60,393 nucleotides of DNA, filler included, from 5 parts of 5 records of this genome joined end to end with filler, not necessarily neighbours in it, one strand, 5' to 3'. Positions 21,235 to 32,261 are shown, counted from the first letter of the whole stretch. Made by a program: numbers and translations. The notes: a model not told the origin generated them from the sequence alone.

Positions 21235-22062
21235 TTACACCTTAAATCCTCTTTGTCTTTTTGCTTCAAATATAAGTATTCCCGCAGCCACAGAAACATT
21301 CATACTATCTATCTCACCTTGCATGGGTATGATGATGTTTTGTGCACTATTACGCATCCATTCTTCCGAAAGGCCCGTAGCTTCAGTACCTACCACAATT
21401 GCAGATGGCTTTTTAAAGTCTATAGTATCATATAACACAGAAGCCTGTAAGGCAGCGCAATAAATAGAAATGGTATGCTCTTTTAAAAACGCAATTATTT
21501 CAGCAGTGCTTCCCGTTGCAATAGTATTCGTAAACAAACAGCCCACACTACTTCTCACAATGTTTGGATTATACATATCAGTTTTCGGATTGGCTATAAG
21601 TATCGCAGTTACATTTGCAGCATCCGCAGTACGAAGCAACGCACCAATATTTCCTGGTTTTTCAGGAGCTTCTGCAATCAAAATTAAAGGCGCTTCATTC
21701 AGCTTAGATGGCGATGTAAAAATATCAAGGTTTGCAATATCTAGATTTTTCGATAGTGCAACCGCCAAAACACCTTCTGTAGAACCTCTATACGCTAGTT
21801 TTTCATAGATTTCTGAAGTAATTTCTATGAATTCTGTTTTAGCACCCACCGTTTCTTTAAGTGAAATAAGGGCTTCTTCAGAAATAATTCCTGTACAATA
21901 AAGAAGTGTTTTAAGTTGATACCCACCCTTTAACGCCAAAGAAACTTCACGCAAGCCTTCAATAAAAAAAAGATTGGTTTTTTTACGTTCACGCGACTTT
22001 TCTTGTAGTAAAACAATTTGTTTTATCAGCGGATTATGAAAACTTGTAATGGTTTTATGCAT
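21235..22062 (-). CDS. TrmH/SpoU family RNA methyltransferase
   Basis: EKPGNIGALLRTADA, VGTEATGL, IPMQGEIDSMNVSVA; ATG at 22062. Confidence 0.93.
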   Translation of the reverse strand: MHKTITSFHNPLIKQIVLLQEKSRERKKTNLFFIEGLREVSLALKGGYQLKTLLYCTGIISEEALISLKETVGAKTEFIEITSEIYEKLAYRGSTEGVLAVALSKNLDIANLDIFTSPSKLNEAPLILIAEAPEKPGNIGALLRTADAANVTAILIANPKTDMYNPNIVRSSVGCLFTNTIATGSTAEIIAFLKEHTISIYCAALQASVLYDTIDFKKPSAIVVGTEATGLSEEWMRNSAQNIIIPMQGEIDSMNVSVAAGILIFEAKRQRGFKV

Positions 22063-22066
22063 TTGG

Positions 22067-22074
22067 CAAAGATA
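22067..22074 (-). promoter_or_regulatory. -7 box (TATCTTTG) 4 nt upstream of the trmH ATG
   Basis: TATCTTTG-CCAA-ATG. Confidence 0.65.
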
Positions 22075-22360
22075 GCGTACAAATTCATAAAACCGACAAG
22101 CCATTTTAGCACCGTATTAAAACTATTTTTAAAAATAATTAAACACAATAAACAGCTAATTAAACTATGTAACCATAACACAAACACTTCTTTAATATGA
22201 ATTTTATTTTTGTAGGAATTTCTTCCGAAATAAAAAATTGTGCCTTCCAAAATTTCTAAAAAAATAGTTAAGTGTATAGTTTCTAAATCATAAACCTTTC
22301 TAAAAAACTTCTTCAGGAGTACAAGCTTTTTTACTTTTAGCATCAACAAAAACAACCATC

Positions 22361-23197
22361 ATGAAAAAACTAATATTTATACTTACTATTTTGCTTACAC
22401 TGTATGCATGTAAGAACGATAAAAAAGGGAACGCAGACAATGCCGTAGAAGACCCTCGAGTAGAAGGCGTTGAAATAGATTCATTAAACAATGCTTCAAC
22501 AGTAGTAAAGAAAATTAAAGTATATCCGCCTCAGTTACAAGCTGTTTTTACAGCACATGGCGGACTTATGCAATGGAAAAAGATGAATAACCTTTGTTTC
22601 GAAATGAAAGGGAAAAATGGAGACGAAACACACACCATTTCATTACAAAATAGAAAGACAAAAGTTGAAACAAAAGACTGGTCAATTGGTTTTGATGGCG
22701 ATCAAGTTTGGTTATTAAAACACGATCTTGGTTATGAAGGTAATCCAGTTTTTTACCATAACCTAATGTTTTATTTTTATGCAATGCCTTTTGTTATTGC
22801 AGATCCAGGCACCAATTATGTTGCCGTAGAACCTACCTTATTAAACGGTAAAATGTACAATGGCTATAAAGTTTCTTATGATGATGGTGTAGGAAGTTCT
22901 TCAAAAGACGAATACATAATCTATTTTGATTCAGAAACCAATAAAATGACTTGGTTGGCGTATACAGTAACCTTTAAAGACCAAGAAAAGAGTGATAACT
23001 GGCGCTATATTGCATACGATAAATGGGAAACGGTTAATGGCCTTTTACTTCCTAAGAAATTAACTTGGTGGAACGTAGAAAACGGTACCCCAAAGGACGA
23101 AAAAATGGACATTAAGTTTAATAAAATTACAATTACTGAAACCAAATTAGACAATTCAGTTTTTAAAAAACCCACTGAAGCTGAATTCGTTCAATAA
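22361..23197 (+). CDS. Hypothetical lipoprotein (DUF6503-like)
   Basis: Lipobox LYAC; AHGG..W, FYFYAMPF, GVGSSSKDEY motifs. Confidence 0.65.
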   Translation: MKKLIFILTILLTLYACKNDKKGNADNAVEDPRVEGVEIDSLNNASTVVKKIKVYPPQLQAVFTAHGGLMQWKKMNNLCFEMKGKNGDETHTISLQNRKTKVETKDWSIGFDGDQVWLLKHDLGYEGNPVFYHNLMFYFYAMPFVIADPGTNYVAVEPTLLNGKMYNGYKVSYDDGVGSSSKDEYIIYFDSETNKMTWLAYTVTFKDQEKSDNWRYIAYDKWETVNGLLLPKKLTWWNVENGTPKDEKMDIKFNKITITETKLDNSVFKKPTEAEFVQ

Positions 23198-23224
23198 CTT
23201 TAATACGATAAATAAACAATACAA

Positions 23225-23773
23225 ATGATACGGAATTTTTGGAATGAAGAATGGAAAGATGTTGTTTTTGATGATAAAATAGCTGAGAATGAAAAGTTTA
23301 AAATCTCTAATTACGGTAGAGTTTTAAACTGTAAAAACGAAAATGAATTCTTAGTAACTGAGTCATTCATTAATGGGTATCAAAATCTTCCGCTAAAACA
23401 AAAGCAGAACAAGAAATCTACAAGTAGATACGTTCATAAACTTGTTGCAGAGCATTTTTTAGAGCAAAACGACGGTATGTATGTAATTCATTTAGATTAT
23501 GATAAAACAAACAACCACGTTGATAACTTAAAGTGGGCTACCAAAAAAGAAAAAGAGACTCACCAGTTTAGTAATCCCGAGTACAAAAACAAACCACGTA
23601 GAATTACGTACTCTAAATTAACCGAAACGAAGGTTAAGTTGATTAAGCGTAAAATTAATGACCCCAATCGCAGAACACGATTAAAAATGATTGCAAAACA
23701 ATTCGGAATTTCTGAAATGCAACTTTACAGAATTAAAACCGGTGAAAACTGGGGGTATGTTACTGAATATTAA
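23225..23773 (+). CDS. NUMOD4 + HNH_3 domain protein with C-terminal HTH
   Basis: EEWK...KISNYGRV (NUMOD4), VHKLVAEHF...HLDYDKTNNHVDNLKWAT (HNH), IAKQFGISEMQLYRIKTGENW (HTH). Confidence 0.85.
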   Translation: MIRNFWNEEWKDVVFDDKIAENEKFKISNYGRVLNCKNENEFLVTESFINGYQNLPLKQKQNKKSTSRYVHKLVAEHFLEQNDGMYVIHLDYDKTNNHVDNLKWATKKEKETHQFSNPEYKNKPRRITYSKLTETKVKLIKRKINDPNRRTRLKMIAKQFGISEMQLYRIKTGENWGYVTEY

Positions 23774-23814
23774 AAGTTACTTAGTGCTGTAATTATTTCA
23801 CACAATTGCTTTTT

Positions 23815-24882
23815 TTAAATAGGTTTTCCCTCAAAATAGTTTACTATTAAGGCCACCATATAGTTATAACTCAAAATTCCACGACTTTGGTTATTAGCTT
23901 TTAAGAAATTATCCCAAAACAATTTAGAAAACGTTTCAAAAGGGTTTTCATAAGCCTCCCAAAAGTCACGCATTTCTTGATAACTCTTCAAAATCCCTGG
24001 GTTTATTGTTTTTAAAAGCTCATAATATGCTGCTTCGTCATTTTGCGCAACCTCATTTATTAAATACCGAAGCGTAAAAATAGAACCTGCATATTGTATA
24101 TACGGATCATCATTATTTAAAGTCGCTAACGTTGCAATAAAGTTCGCCTCATTTTCTGCAGCATACCCTATTTGATGCGCTTCTTCATGGCAACCAACCA
24201 CAGGAAACTTATACGTTTTAATAAGGCTATTTACTTGTGCCTCACCCGAAAAAGGATTTAAATAACCACTATAACCCATATACGTTAGCCCCAAACTCCA
24301 ACTACTTTTTTTAAGACTTCTTTGCGAATACGTAAGTTGAGGAAACTCTTTTTCTAAATTTTTATAACCGTTTAAGGTCATAGAAAGCATTTCTTGTTGG
24401 GAATAAGGCATGTCAATTTTTACACTATCTGCAAAACCCAGTTGACGATGCATTGTATTGCTTTTTTCTATGAATTTATGTGTTGTTGAAAGCAATTGCT
24501 CGTATGAATATTCACTATTTAAATCAAGCGATTTATGAAGCGGAAGTCTATAATAATTAAACCCCCAAAGTATATGAAACATAAAATATACTATCGAGAA
24601 AGTAGCCGTAACATCCAGCAAAACACGGATTGGCTCAAAGCGCAAGCGGTAAAAGTTTTTATAAATCCATCGAATTGCTAGAATTGCAATTAATAAATAA
24701 AAAATATCTCCAACTGAAAACGGAATCCATCCAAATAAAAACCGAGATACTTTTGAAAGAACTGGATAAAACCCTAAGCTGTAATATTTTTCTACAAATT
24801 CAGGGAAATGTTTTAGAATTTGAAGAAAAAAAACCTGCACAGGAATCAAAATTGTGAGGATTAAAGCGGTTCGTCTTTGCAT
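23815..24882 (-). CDS. DUF3810 family membrane protein (putative zincin)
   Basis: WGFNYYR, GYLNPFSGEAQVN, CHEEAHQIGYAAENEANF. Confidence 0.85.
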   Translation of the reverse strand: MQRRTALILTILIPVQVFFLQILKHFPEFVEKYYSLGFYPVLSKVSRFLFGWIPFSVGDIFYLLIAILAIRWIYKNFYRLRFEPIRVLLDVTATFSIVYFMFHILWGFNYYRLPLHKSLDLNSEYSYEQLLSTTHKFIEKSNTMHRQLGFADSVKIDMPYSQQEMLSMTLNGYKNLEKEFPQLTYSQRSLKKSSWSLGLTYMGYSGYLNPFSGEAQVNSLIKTYKFPVVGCHEEAHQIGYAAENEANFIATLATLNNDDPYIQYAGSIFTLRYLINEVAQNDEAAYYELLKTINPGILKSYQEMRDFWEAYENPFETFSKLFWDNFLKANNQSRGILSYNYMVALIVNYFEGKPI

Positions 24883-24886
24883 AAAT

Positions 24887-24894
24887 CAAACATA
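24887..24894 (-). promoter_or_regulatory. -7 box (TATGTTTG) 4 nt upstream of the DUF3810 ATG
   Basis: TATGTTTG-ATTT-ATG. Confidence 0.6.
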
Positions 24895-25052
24895 CAAAGG
24901 AATTCTTTCACCACATAATTTTTATAGCCGTTCCAAATCCGTAATTTTGCGGAAATGTGACATCGAATTCACAAACTTTATTCATTAAAAAGAACACATT
25001 GATTTGTGTATTCGTAATTACTTTTAATTCACAATAAAATTAAACTGAAACA

Positions 25053-26369
25053 ATGAACGAAGAAATAAGAAACCTTGAGCCCAAAGCCCTTTGGAACAAA
25101 TTTGCAGACCTAAACGCTGTACCACGTCCTTCAAAGAAAGAAGAACGTGTAATTGCTTTTATGAAAGATTTTGGTAAAAACCTTGGTTTAGAAACAATAG
25201 AAGACGAAGTAGGAAACGTAATAATCCGCAAACCTGCTACCACAGGGATGGAAGACCGTAAAATGCTTGTATTACAAAGCCATTTAGATATGGTTCACCA
25301 AAAAAATAACGATACTAATTTTGATTTTGACACACAAGGAATTGAAATGAAAGTTGATGGCGATTGGGTTCGTGCAAATGGCACAACACTAGGCGCTGAT
25401 AACGGTTTGGGTGTTGCAACTATCATGGCGATTCTTGAAAGTAACGAAATTGAACACCCAGCAATCGAAGCGCTTTTTACAATAGATGAAGAAACAGGGA
25501 TGACGGGCGCCAAAGGATTAAAAGGCGGTTTGCTAAAAGGCGATATTCTTTTAAATCTTGACACGGAAGAGGATGACGAAATTGGCGTAGGTTGTGCAGG
25601 TGGTGTAGATGTAACCGCAACAGGTACTTATACACAAGTTGATGCATCAACAAGCGCTGTTGCTTACACTATTAAGGTAAAAGGCTTAAATGGCGGTCAT
25701 AGCGGAATGGATATTATTAAAGGTTTGGGTAATGCAAACAAACTGATGAACCGAATTCTTTTTGCTACAAAAGATGCTATGCAACTTGCAAAATTAGAAG
25801 GCGGAAGTCTTCGAAATGCAATACCTCGTGAAAGCGTTGCGTTAGTTGCGGTTTCTTCTGAAGAAAAATTTTATTCAGAATTTGAAAAGATAAAAAAAGG
25901 AATAGCTTCAGAATACAAATCATTGGAGCCTAATCTTTCAATTACAGCTGAAAAAACGGATGATACTTCCGCTAAAGTGATGACAGCTGAAGACCAAGGA
26001 TTATTTTTGAATGCAATGAATGCGGCACATAACGGAGTTTATAGAATGAGTCCAGATATTGCTGATTTGGTTGAGACTTCAAATAATATTGCGAAAGTTT
26101 CAGTTGAAAATGGAAGCATTAAAGTTGAATGTTTAACACGAAGCTCTGTAGAAACTTCTAAAGACAGTCTTGCAAATGCGCTTACTTCTGTTTTTAATCT
26201 TGCAGGATACGAAGTGAAACTAGCTGGAGATTACCCAGGTTGGGCACCAAATATGGACAGTCCAATTTTGAAGGTTTTAGATAATCTTTATCAAAAAATG
26301 AATGGTGAAAAAGCGAATGTTGCGGCATGCCATGCAGGATTAGAATGTGGAATTTTAGGGCAAAATTAT
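25053..26369 (+). CDS. pepD: Aminoacyl-histidine dipeptidase (M20C), 3'-partial
   Basis: QSHLDMV, TTLGADNG, DEETGM, NLDTEE, GGHSG, HAGLECG; runs into the spacer. Confidence 0.93.
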
Positions 26370-26469
26370 NNNNNNNNNNNNNNNNNNNNNNNNNNNNNNN
26401 NNNNNNNNNNNNNTTAATTAATTAANNNNNNNNNNNNNNNNNNNNNNNNNNNNNNNNNNNNNNNNNNNN
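26370..26469. other. Artificial contig spacer
   Basis: N44-TTAATTAATTAA-N44. Confidence 0.98.
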
Positions 26470-27163
26470 GAGGCGTGCCTGGAGCTTCAGGGAAACCATT
26501 CTACTTCGGTTTTAACAAAAAAGAGAGAGGGGGACAACATAAAAACACAGGTAGAAGTGACCCAACAAATAAAACACAATATAATATTCCATTGGTGAGC
26601 GCAGCGCTACAGCTCAACACACCAACTCACAAGGAGACAAGTTTTGAAGGTTTTATATAATTGTTGAGATTTCTTTTTTTGTAGTTGTGTTTTTTTTTGT
26701 TGGTATATGGGCGATGGCATCAGACGTTCAAACAGCAGTTGACCAGCACCATCCTTACCCAAAGGACGATAATGGTAGGTAGTGCAAGTAGTGAAGCCCT
26801 GAAACAAACACCATTTTGTTTTATGCATCGCAAACTTCATAATTTGCGATTTTGTTTGTTTTTGATTTGATTTTTTGATTTTCGTGGTCCTCTATTTTGA
26901 AAAGTCAGGTGTTGATGTTGTGGTTGGTTGGTAGTTGACGATGTCACGCTCTCCTGGAGCTCAGTCATGTGTGTTTTTTGGGTGTGGTGTGATGAAAAAA
27001 CAACAAACTTTTAAAATAAAATGAGAACTAATGTTCCCTTATTTTGTAGATTTTGTTGTGTGGCTCAATCTATGTTTTTTTGTTGTGACATCTGACTACA
27101 AACAATACCAATGCCTGTGACGATAAAACTAGTTGTTGTTGGTTGGTTTGTTGGTGCATAAGA

Positions 27164-29458
27164 TTAGTAGTTTGGGAGTTGGTAGCCACCGGCTCCACCC
27201 GCACCATCGTGTTGACCTTGGCCACCCCAGCCGTTGTGGGATTGTTGCTGTTGCTGGTTGTACCTAGGGGCTCCTCCGCCACCGCGACCTCCGCGGCCAC
27301 CACCCCCGCCGTACATGGCACCACCACCGTACCCGCCCGCTTGGTCATACCCACCCTGCTGCTGCTGGTGGTAGCTGTTGGCCTGATTGTGTTGGTGGTG
27401 ATGAGATGGGTTGTGGTGACCAGCACCACGGCCCGTGAAGGAGCGAGCAGGGTGATCAGAGTTCCCGCGACCACGACCACCACGATGGTGACCGGAGGAG
27501 TTGGTGCCAACAGAGAAGCTGTCACGGTTAGCACCAGAGGAGGGGCCACCATTGTCACCACCATTGTTGTTGTGGGAGGAGCCACCGACCTGGAAGGGTT
27601 CAATATTACGTACACGGGGGCTGACATTCTCCATCCAAATCCGAATGTGGAATGTGTTATACAAATCCCGCACCAAGGCCCTGAAGTCCACCGCGATGGG
27701 GGAGTTGAAGAAAAAGGAGACCTTCTTGCGATCGAACTGAACTTCGCAGTCCACGAGATCAACCTCGATGTTATGCTCAATACATTTATTACGACATAAG
27801 TGCAGAGCATCCTTCTCTACCTCAGCGATCTCGTTATGGAGGGAGAATATCTCATCGGTGGTGGCCTGGCGGATTACGCGGCCCCGCTCCATCTTCTTAC
27901 GAACGTTGTTCTTCACCATGGAGCTCATGCACTCCACCTCGTAGGTATGGTTGGGACGAGCCTTGGCGACCTGCACAACAAGGCCACAATCGGTTCCGCG
28001 ATCGCCATCCACGATGACGTAGTCTCCTGGTGAGACGGGGATATCACAGGGGAACTTCTTGGTACGCTCACGCTTGTACTCCACAACGACGTAGTCCTTA
28101 GTGGTGGGTGGGGAGAAGACCTCCTTGGCGATCTCGTTGGCCTCCATCTCGGTGAGGGATGCGAGAAGGCGAGCTGCCTCCTCGGGGTTATCGGCCAGAC
28201 TACGAAGACGCTCGGTCAGGTGCACCTTACCGTCGGGGGTGTGAGAGACGGAGAGGCTACTCTCGCTTCCAGCACCCTCCCCAAGAACACTTCGTACCAT
28301 GGCCGCAGCATTGGCACGCTGCTCATCCTGAACACTCACAGTCTGCTGCTGCTCCTGAAGCTCGGCGCTGCTTTTGCTGAACTGGGCGAAGCCTGGGCGG
28401 GTCGACATGCCACTCTCAAGGCGACGCTCGGCGATGCCATCGTTCGCGTTGGAGGTGGATCCAAGTCGGACCTTGGAGAGAGCGAGTTGTTGCTTCATCA
28501 ACATCATCAAATCCCTCACTACATCGTGATGATGGTTCTTGTTGTAGGACATGGACTTCAGGGGCTCCTTGTCACCATCGGCGTCGGGGTCGACAGACAT
28601 GGTAGTGACGGTGGTACCGACGTTGTGAGATGGGCGGCTGGTAGAAGTCGGAGGGTTGGCTGACCCCCCTTCATATCCGCCACCGCCACCGCCACGGGGG
28701 CGATAAGTATGGTTGTTTCGAGACCTGTTGTTATTGTTGTTGTTAGAGGAGGGTGTAGCACTTCCAGGGACGAAGGCAGCGGCAGCAGCATTAGGGGTGA
28801 AGGATGGGGCGGAAGGGTTCATGCTGGTGTTGTTGGTGGTGGGGGCGCTGCCGACGGTCATGTTGTTGGGGATAGGGGATGCACGACGTTGTTGCTGCTG
28901 GTTGAGGGGGGTGTCGGCAGCAGAGTTGGTCATGTACCGAGCACTATCCGAAACTAACTGGTTGTAACCATCATCATCCTCATCGGAGTGGACCGCGAGA
29001 GTCTCATCGGAGCCAGCTCCAAGGAGATGGCCACTGCTGGGGGCCAGGAATCGACCATCAGAGCCACCATCGAGACCGACGTGGGTCAGGATACTACTGC
29101 CGCCTGCGAGGGTATCGGAGGAGGGCTGGGTAGCAGAAGAAAGAAGATCACCACTGACGGGGTGAGTAACAGCAACATCACCAGCGGTAGCGGTGGCGGT
29201 GGTGCGCTTCTCGAGGGCTGCGATCTGCGAGTGCAGGGCTGCCATCTTGTCACGGAGAGCGCGGACGGTTTCATCGTCCTGCTCATCCGCATCGATGGGG
29301 GCGATGCCGGACCGCTTCTCCTTCTTGCTCTTACGCTCACCCTTGTCCTTCTTGGGCTTACTGCTGCTGCTGGCAGTAGTAGTTGGATCCGTTGGTGCTA
29401 CCACCTCCACTGCCTCGGAGGGAGACTCCTTACCGCGTAATGCTGATGCGTAGGACAT
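27164..29458 (-). CDS. PSP1 C-terminal domain protein (kinetoplastid cycle-sequence-binding protein family-like) with RGG/Q-rich tail
   Basis: VEYKR, GDYVIVDGDRGTDCG, DCEVQFDRKKVSFFF...VDFRALVRDLYNTFHIRIWM; intron-less; low-complexity flanks. Confidence 0.85.
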   Translation of the reverse strand: MSYASALRGKESPSEAVEVVAPTDPTTTASSSSKPKKDKGERKSKKEKRSGIAPIDADEQDDETVRALRDKMAALHSQIAALEKRTTATATAGDVAVTHPVSGDLLSSATQPSSDTLAGGSSILTHVGLDGGSDGRFLAPSSGHLLGAGSDETLAVHSDEDDDGYNQLVSDSARYMTNSAADTPLNQQQQRRASPIPNNMTVGSAPTTNNTSMNPSAPSFTPNAAAAAFVPGSATPSSNNNNNNRSRNNHTYRPRGGGGGGYEGGSANPPTSTSRPSHNVGTTVTTMSVDPDADGDKEPLKSMSYNKNHHHDVVRDLMMLMKQQLALSKVRLGSTSNANDGIAERRLESGMSTRPGFAQFSKSSAELQEQQQTVSVQDEQRANAAAMVRSVLGEGAGSESSLSVSHTPDGKVHLTERLRSLADNPEEAARLLASLTEMEANEIAKEVFSPPTTKDYVVVEYKRERTKKFPCDIPVSPGDYVIVDGDRGTDCGLVVQVAKARPNHTYEVECMSSMVKNNVRKKMERGRVIRQATTDEIFSLHNEIAEVEKDALHLCRNKCIEHNIEVDLVDCEVQFDRKKVSFFFNSPIAVDFRALVRDLYNTFHIRIWMENVSPRVRNIEPFQVGGSSHNNNGGDNGGPSSGANRDSFSVGTNSSGHHRGGRGRGNSDHPARSFTGRGAGHHNPSHHHQHNQANSYHQQQQGGYDQAGGYGGGAMYGGGGGRGGRGGGGAPRYNQQQQQSHNGWGGQGQHDGAGGAGGYQLPNY

Positions 29459-29768
29459 GATACTTACTTACTTTCTATATATACTTCAACGAATTGGGTT
29501 GGGTTGGGGGGTGTGGGAGAGAGGGGTGTGTGTGTTGGATGTTTTGATGAGAGACTATATGTTGAACGTTTGATTGTGTTCACAAAGTAGTTGCGTCACC
29601 ACTTTAAATAAATATATGTATTGTTGTTAAAGATGAGAGAGGAGATAGCAGGAAAGAACAACAATGCGCATCCAAATGTCTGTTTTGGAATAAAAAACAG
29701 AAAAAACAAAAAGGGGGATAATTGATGATAGCAACATACTTTGTAAAAAATAAATGAATAATAACTAA

Positions 29769-32261
29769 CTATAGCCGTTTCCTTTCCTTGGCGCGGTTAG
29801 CAAACTCCTCAGATCGCACCTTCTTGGATCTGGCCTGGTCATCCTTAGTCAGCCGTGTAAACAGCAGCAATGCATCGACCATTGTCATCAAGGCAGCACA
29901 GACGGCCGCAAACACGACGCATACCCCCGGACTCATCCCACGGAAATGTGCCATAGCATACCCCACAATCGCAGCCGCCAACGACATAATCCTCATATCA
30001 AAGGCAATACTAGCCTCCTTTAAAAAAGAGCTCAACGTTTCATTTTTAATACCAACCTCCTGGGCGGAGGCTAGTTGTTGGGCCCCAGTACTACCCTGTT
30101 GATGGGTATTATTACCAGATGAGGAGCTAGAATTGTTGTTGTTGTTATTTCCGCCAGTAATTTGAGATCGATAGGCAGAGTCTTCAATTGCTTCGTTGAT
30201 CACGAGTAATCCCTTGAGGTGTGATTCCCTCTTCTTGTCGTCTGCATCCCTTGCCTCCCTAATCTTCAAATATCCCTCAAGATTGACTCTTTGGGAGGGG
30301 GATGTGGATGATGTGGCGCTGGTGATGAGAGAGAGGTTAGAGACGGCTCTCTTCTCGGCCTGGGCAGTAAGAAGTAGCTGGGGGGTGATGGCCTCCGTTG
30401 AACCCTTCAACACGACCATGGACAGCACTGGCTCAGCCTCGGAGCCAAACGCCTTTATTATGGCCGTCATCCTATCTGCATGAGACATGGGCTGATACGG
30501 CTTTGTGAGGGCGCTGCTGCTCTTGTTGCTAAGATTGTTGTTGTTGACACCACTTCGTCGCTTAACATCTCCATTGTCGTCCCCCTCTCCGACCGCAGTC
30601 CCAGCCCGACCAAATGAATCCGTTGCGACCATTATAGACAAAAACACCGACATGAGCCTCCCACACTTCCCTTCTACATTTCGAAGGAACAGTGGAAGAT
30701 CGACATGGCGGTAATATTCCAAGGCACTGACGACATTGGAGATGTGTATCTTTACTTTGTCGTTAGAGCTATCAGCGAAGGTAGGGGGGAGGTTAGATGT
30801 GTAACTGCTTGTGGCAGTAGTAGTAGTAGACTGTTGCTTTGAGGTGGACGTGGTAGAGGTGGTGTTCGACTTTCGAGATGGCTGAAGGCGTACAGAGCAG
30901 TACCGATCTTGGGGCAGTAGGAACATGTTGTAAACCAACGATGATACGTCCAACAAGGACGTAGAGTCATCATGACCTCCTCCTCCACGCTTGGTTGTGG
31001 TGACGACAGCACCACTGCTCGCAGGAGTAGGAAGAGTAGTGGTGAATGGTGAAGTGGGTTGGAGATACTTCAAACTAGAGGACGCCACCAAACGACTATC
31101 AACATGCATACCATCGATGGCGGAGTTCTTAACGGGTGCGAAGAGATCGTCGTGGGTTGTGACGCCCTCACCCTCCCCGTCACCATTTGTCGTGGATACC
31201 CCCTCATAGACATGCATGCCAGAGAACCACAACCATGGATCCGCACCACTCTTCTGACCACCGCCGCTGACAACTACAGCAGTAGTACCACACTTATTAG
31301 CGCCATCAGTAGTTTGAAGGCCGTTGAGGTACTTTACCAGAGACAGCCATGATGAGGTACTCTCTGCCATGACAGCCTCCCAATTGTAAGCAGTAGTAGT
31401 ATGATGATTGTTGTTGGACTTGGATTTATTAGAGACAGTTGTGAAGGTGTCAGGGTGGTGGATGTTGACATGGCGGAGGGTCTCAAGGACGGTCTGTAGC
31501 AGGGGGGCGGGGATGGTGAGCTCAAGGCCCACGGTACTTGTTCCGTTGAGGATGTGGGGGCGGACGACAGCCAAGAAGTCTTCCTCAGATAGTAGCAGGG
31601 GGGACGACGACGACGATGATGTGGTGATCACGGTGGTGGTGTTGGTGGTGAGGGAGTAGTTCCGACGACGTGTGATAGCCTCCTGTAGCTCATCCTTGAG
31701 GGTGGAGCGCTTGTCGACGAGTGACCTCCACACACAGCTACCGTACACCTGCTTCATCATGGCCCTAAGCCTTGTAACCGCATGTGTAGATGATGATGTT
31801 GCAGCCGCCAACATGGGCACCAAGACCTCACAGCTAAACTTTACAAAGCTCTTGACAGTGTAGTCTCCAGTTGAGGTGTGTCCTCGCAGGGAGGGTAGAA
31901 GGGACCATTGATGGGCAGTACGGACAAGCCAATCCTGGAGCTGCAACAACGTCGCAGCACACAGAGGCTGCACAAACTTATCATCACCCCCCATATTATT
32001 GTTAGATCCCTTCGTATCTACTACACTTTTTGAAATCAAGACATCAATCGCTGCATCGAGAAATGAGGCGAGGTCGTTAGAGACAGTAATCTCTACGAGG
32101 CTTGAAACGGGCGGCTCTGGGAGTGGCACCTGCTGAGAAGGGGCGGTAGTGGTGGTTGATGACTTGGGAAGGGGTTGTTGAGGTGCAGTAGCAGGGGAGA
32201 CAGTTGATGTATTGTTTGCCGGCTGCTGTGCACGTTTGTTGTTGTTGTTTCCTTTGACCAT
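29769..32261 (-). CDS. Large eukaryotic hypothetical protein with C-terminal two-TM region resembling Vma12/TMEM199
   Basis: First ATG at 32261 (830 aa); charged helix, then two TM helices and a basic tail (LSSFLKEASIAFD...MVDALLLFTRL). Confidence 0.5.
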   Translation of the reverse strand: MVKGNNNNKRAQQPANNTSTVSPATAPQQPLPKSSTTTTAPSQQVPLPEPPVSSLVEITVSNDLASFLDAAIDVLISKSVVDTKGSNNNMGGDDKFVQPLCAATLLQLQDWLVRTAHQWSLLPSLRGHTSTGDYTVKSFVKFSCEVLVPMLAAATSSSTHAVTRLRAMMKQVYGSCVWRSLVDKRSTLKDELQEAITRRRNYSLTTNTTTVITTSSSSSSPLLLSEEDFLAVVRPHILNGTSTVGLELTIPAPLLQTVLETLRHVNIHHPDTFTTVSNKSKSNNNHHTTTAYNWEAVMAESTSSWLSLVKYLNGLQTTDGANKCGTTAVVVSGGGQKSGADPWLWFSGMHVYEGVSTTNGDGEGEGVTTHDDLFAPVKNSAIDGMHVDSRLVASSSLKYLQPTSPFTTTLPTPASSGAVVTTTKRGGGGHDDSTSLLDVSSLVYNMFLLPQDRYCSVRLQPSRKSNTTSTTSTSKQQSTTTTATSSYTSNLPPTFADSSNDKVKIHISNVVSALEYYRHVDLPLFLRNVEGKCGRLMSVFLSIMVATDSFGRAGTAVGEGDDNGDVKRRSGVNNNNLSNKSSSALTKPYQPMSHADRMTAIIKAFGSEAEPVLSMVVLKGSTEAITPQLLLTAQAEKRAVSNLSLITSATSSTSPSQRVNLEGYLKIREARDADDKKRESHLKGLLVINEAIEDSAYRSQITGGNNNNNNSSSSSGNNTHQQGSTGAQQLASAQEVGIKNETLSSFLKEASIAFDMRIMSLAAAIVGYAMAHFRGMSPGVCVVFAAVCAALMTMVDALLLFTRLTKDDQARSKKVRSEEFANRAKERKRL

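Noticed and set aside
27070-29453. Many overlapping alternative-frame and antisense ORFs (e.g. 27070-27810, 27143-27799)
   Set aside because: Shadows of a GC-rich, low-complexity real gene; no motifs
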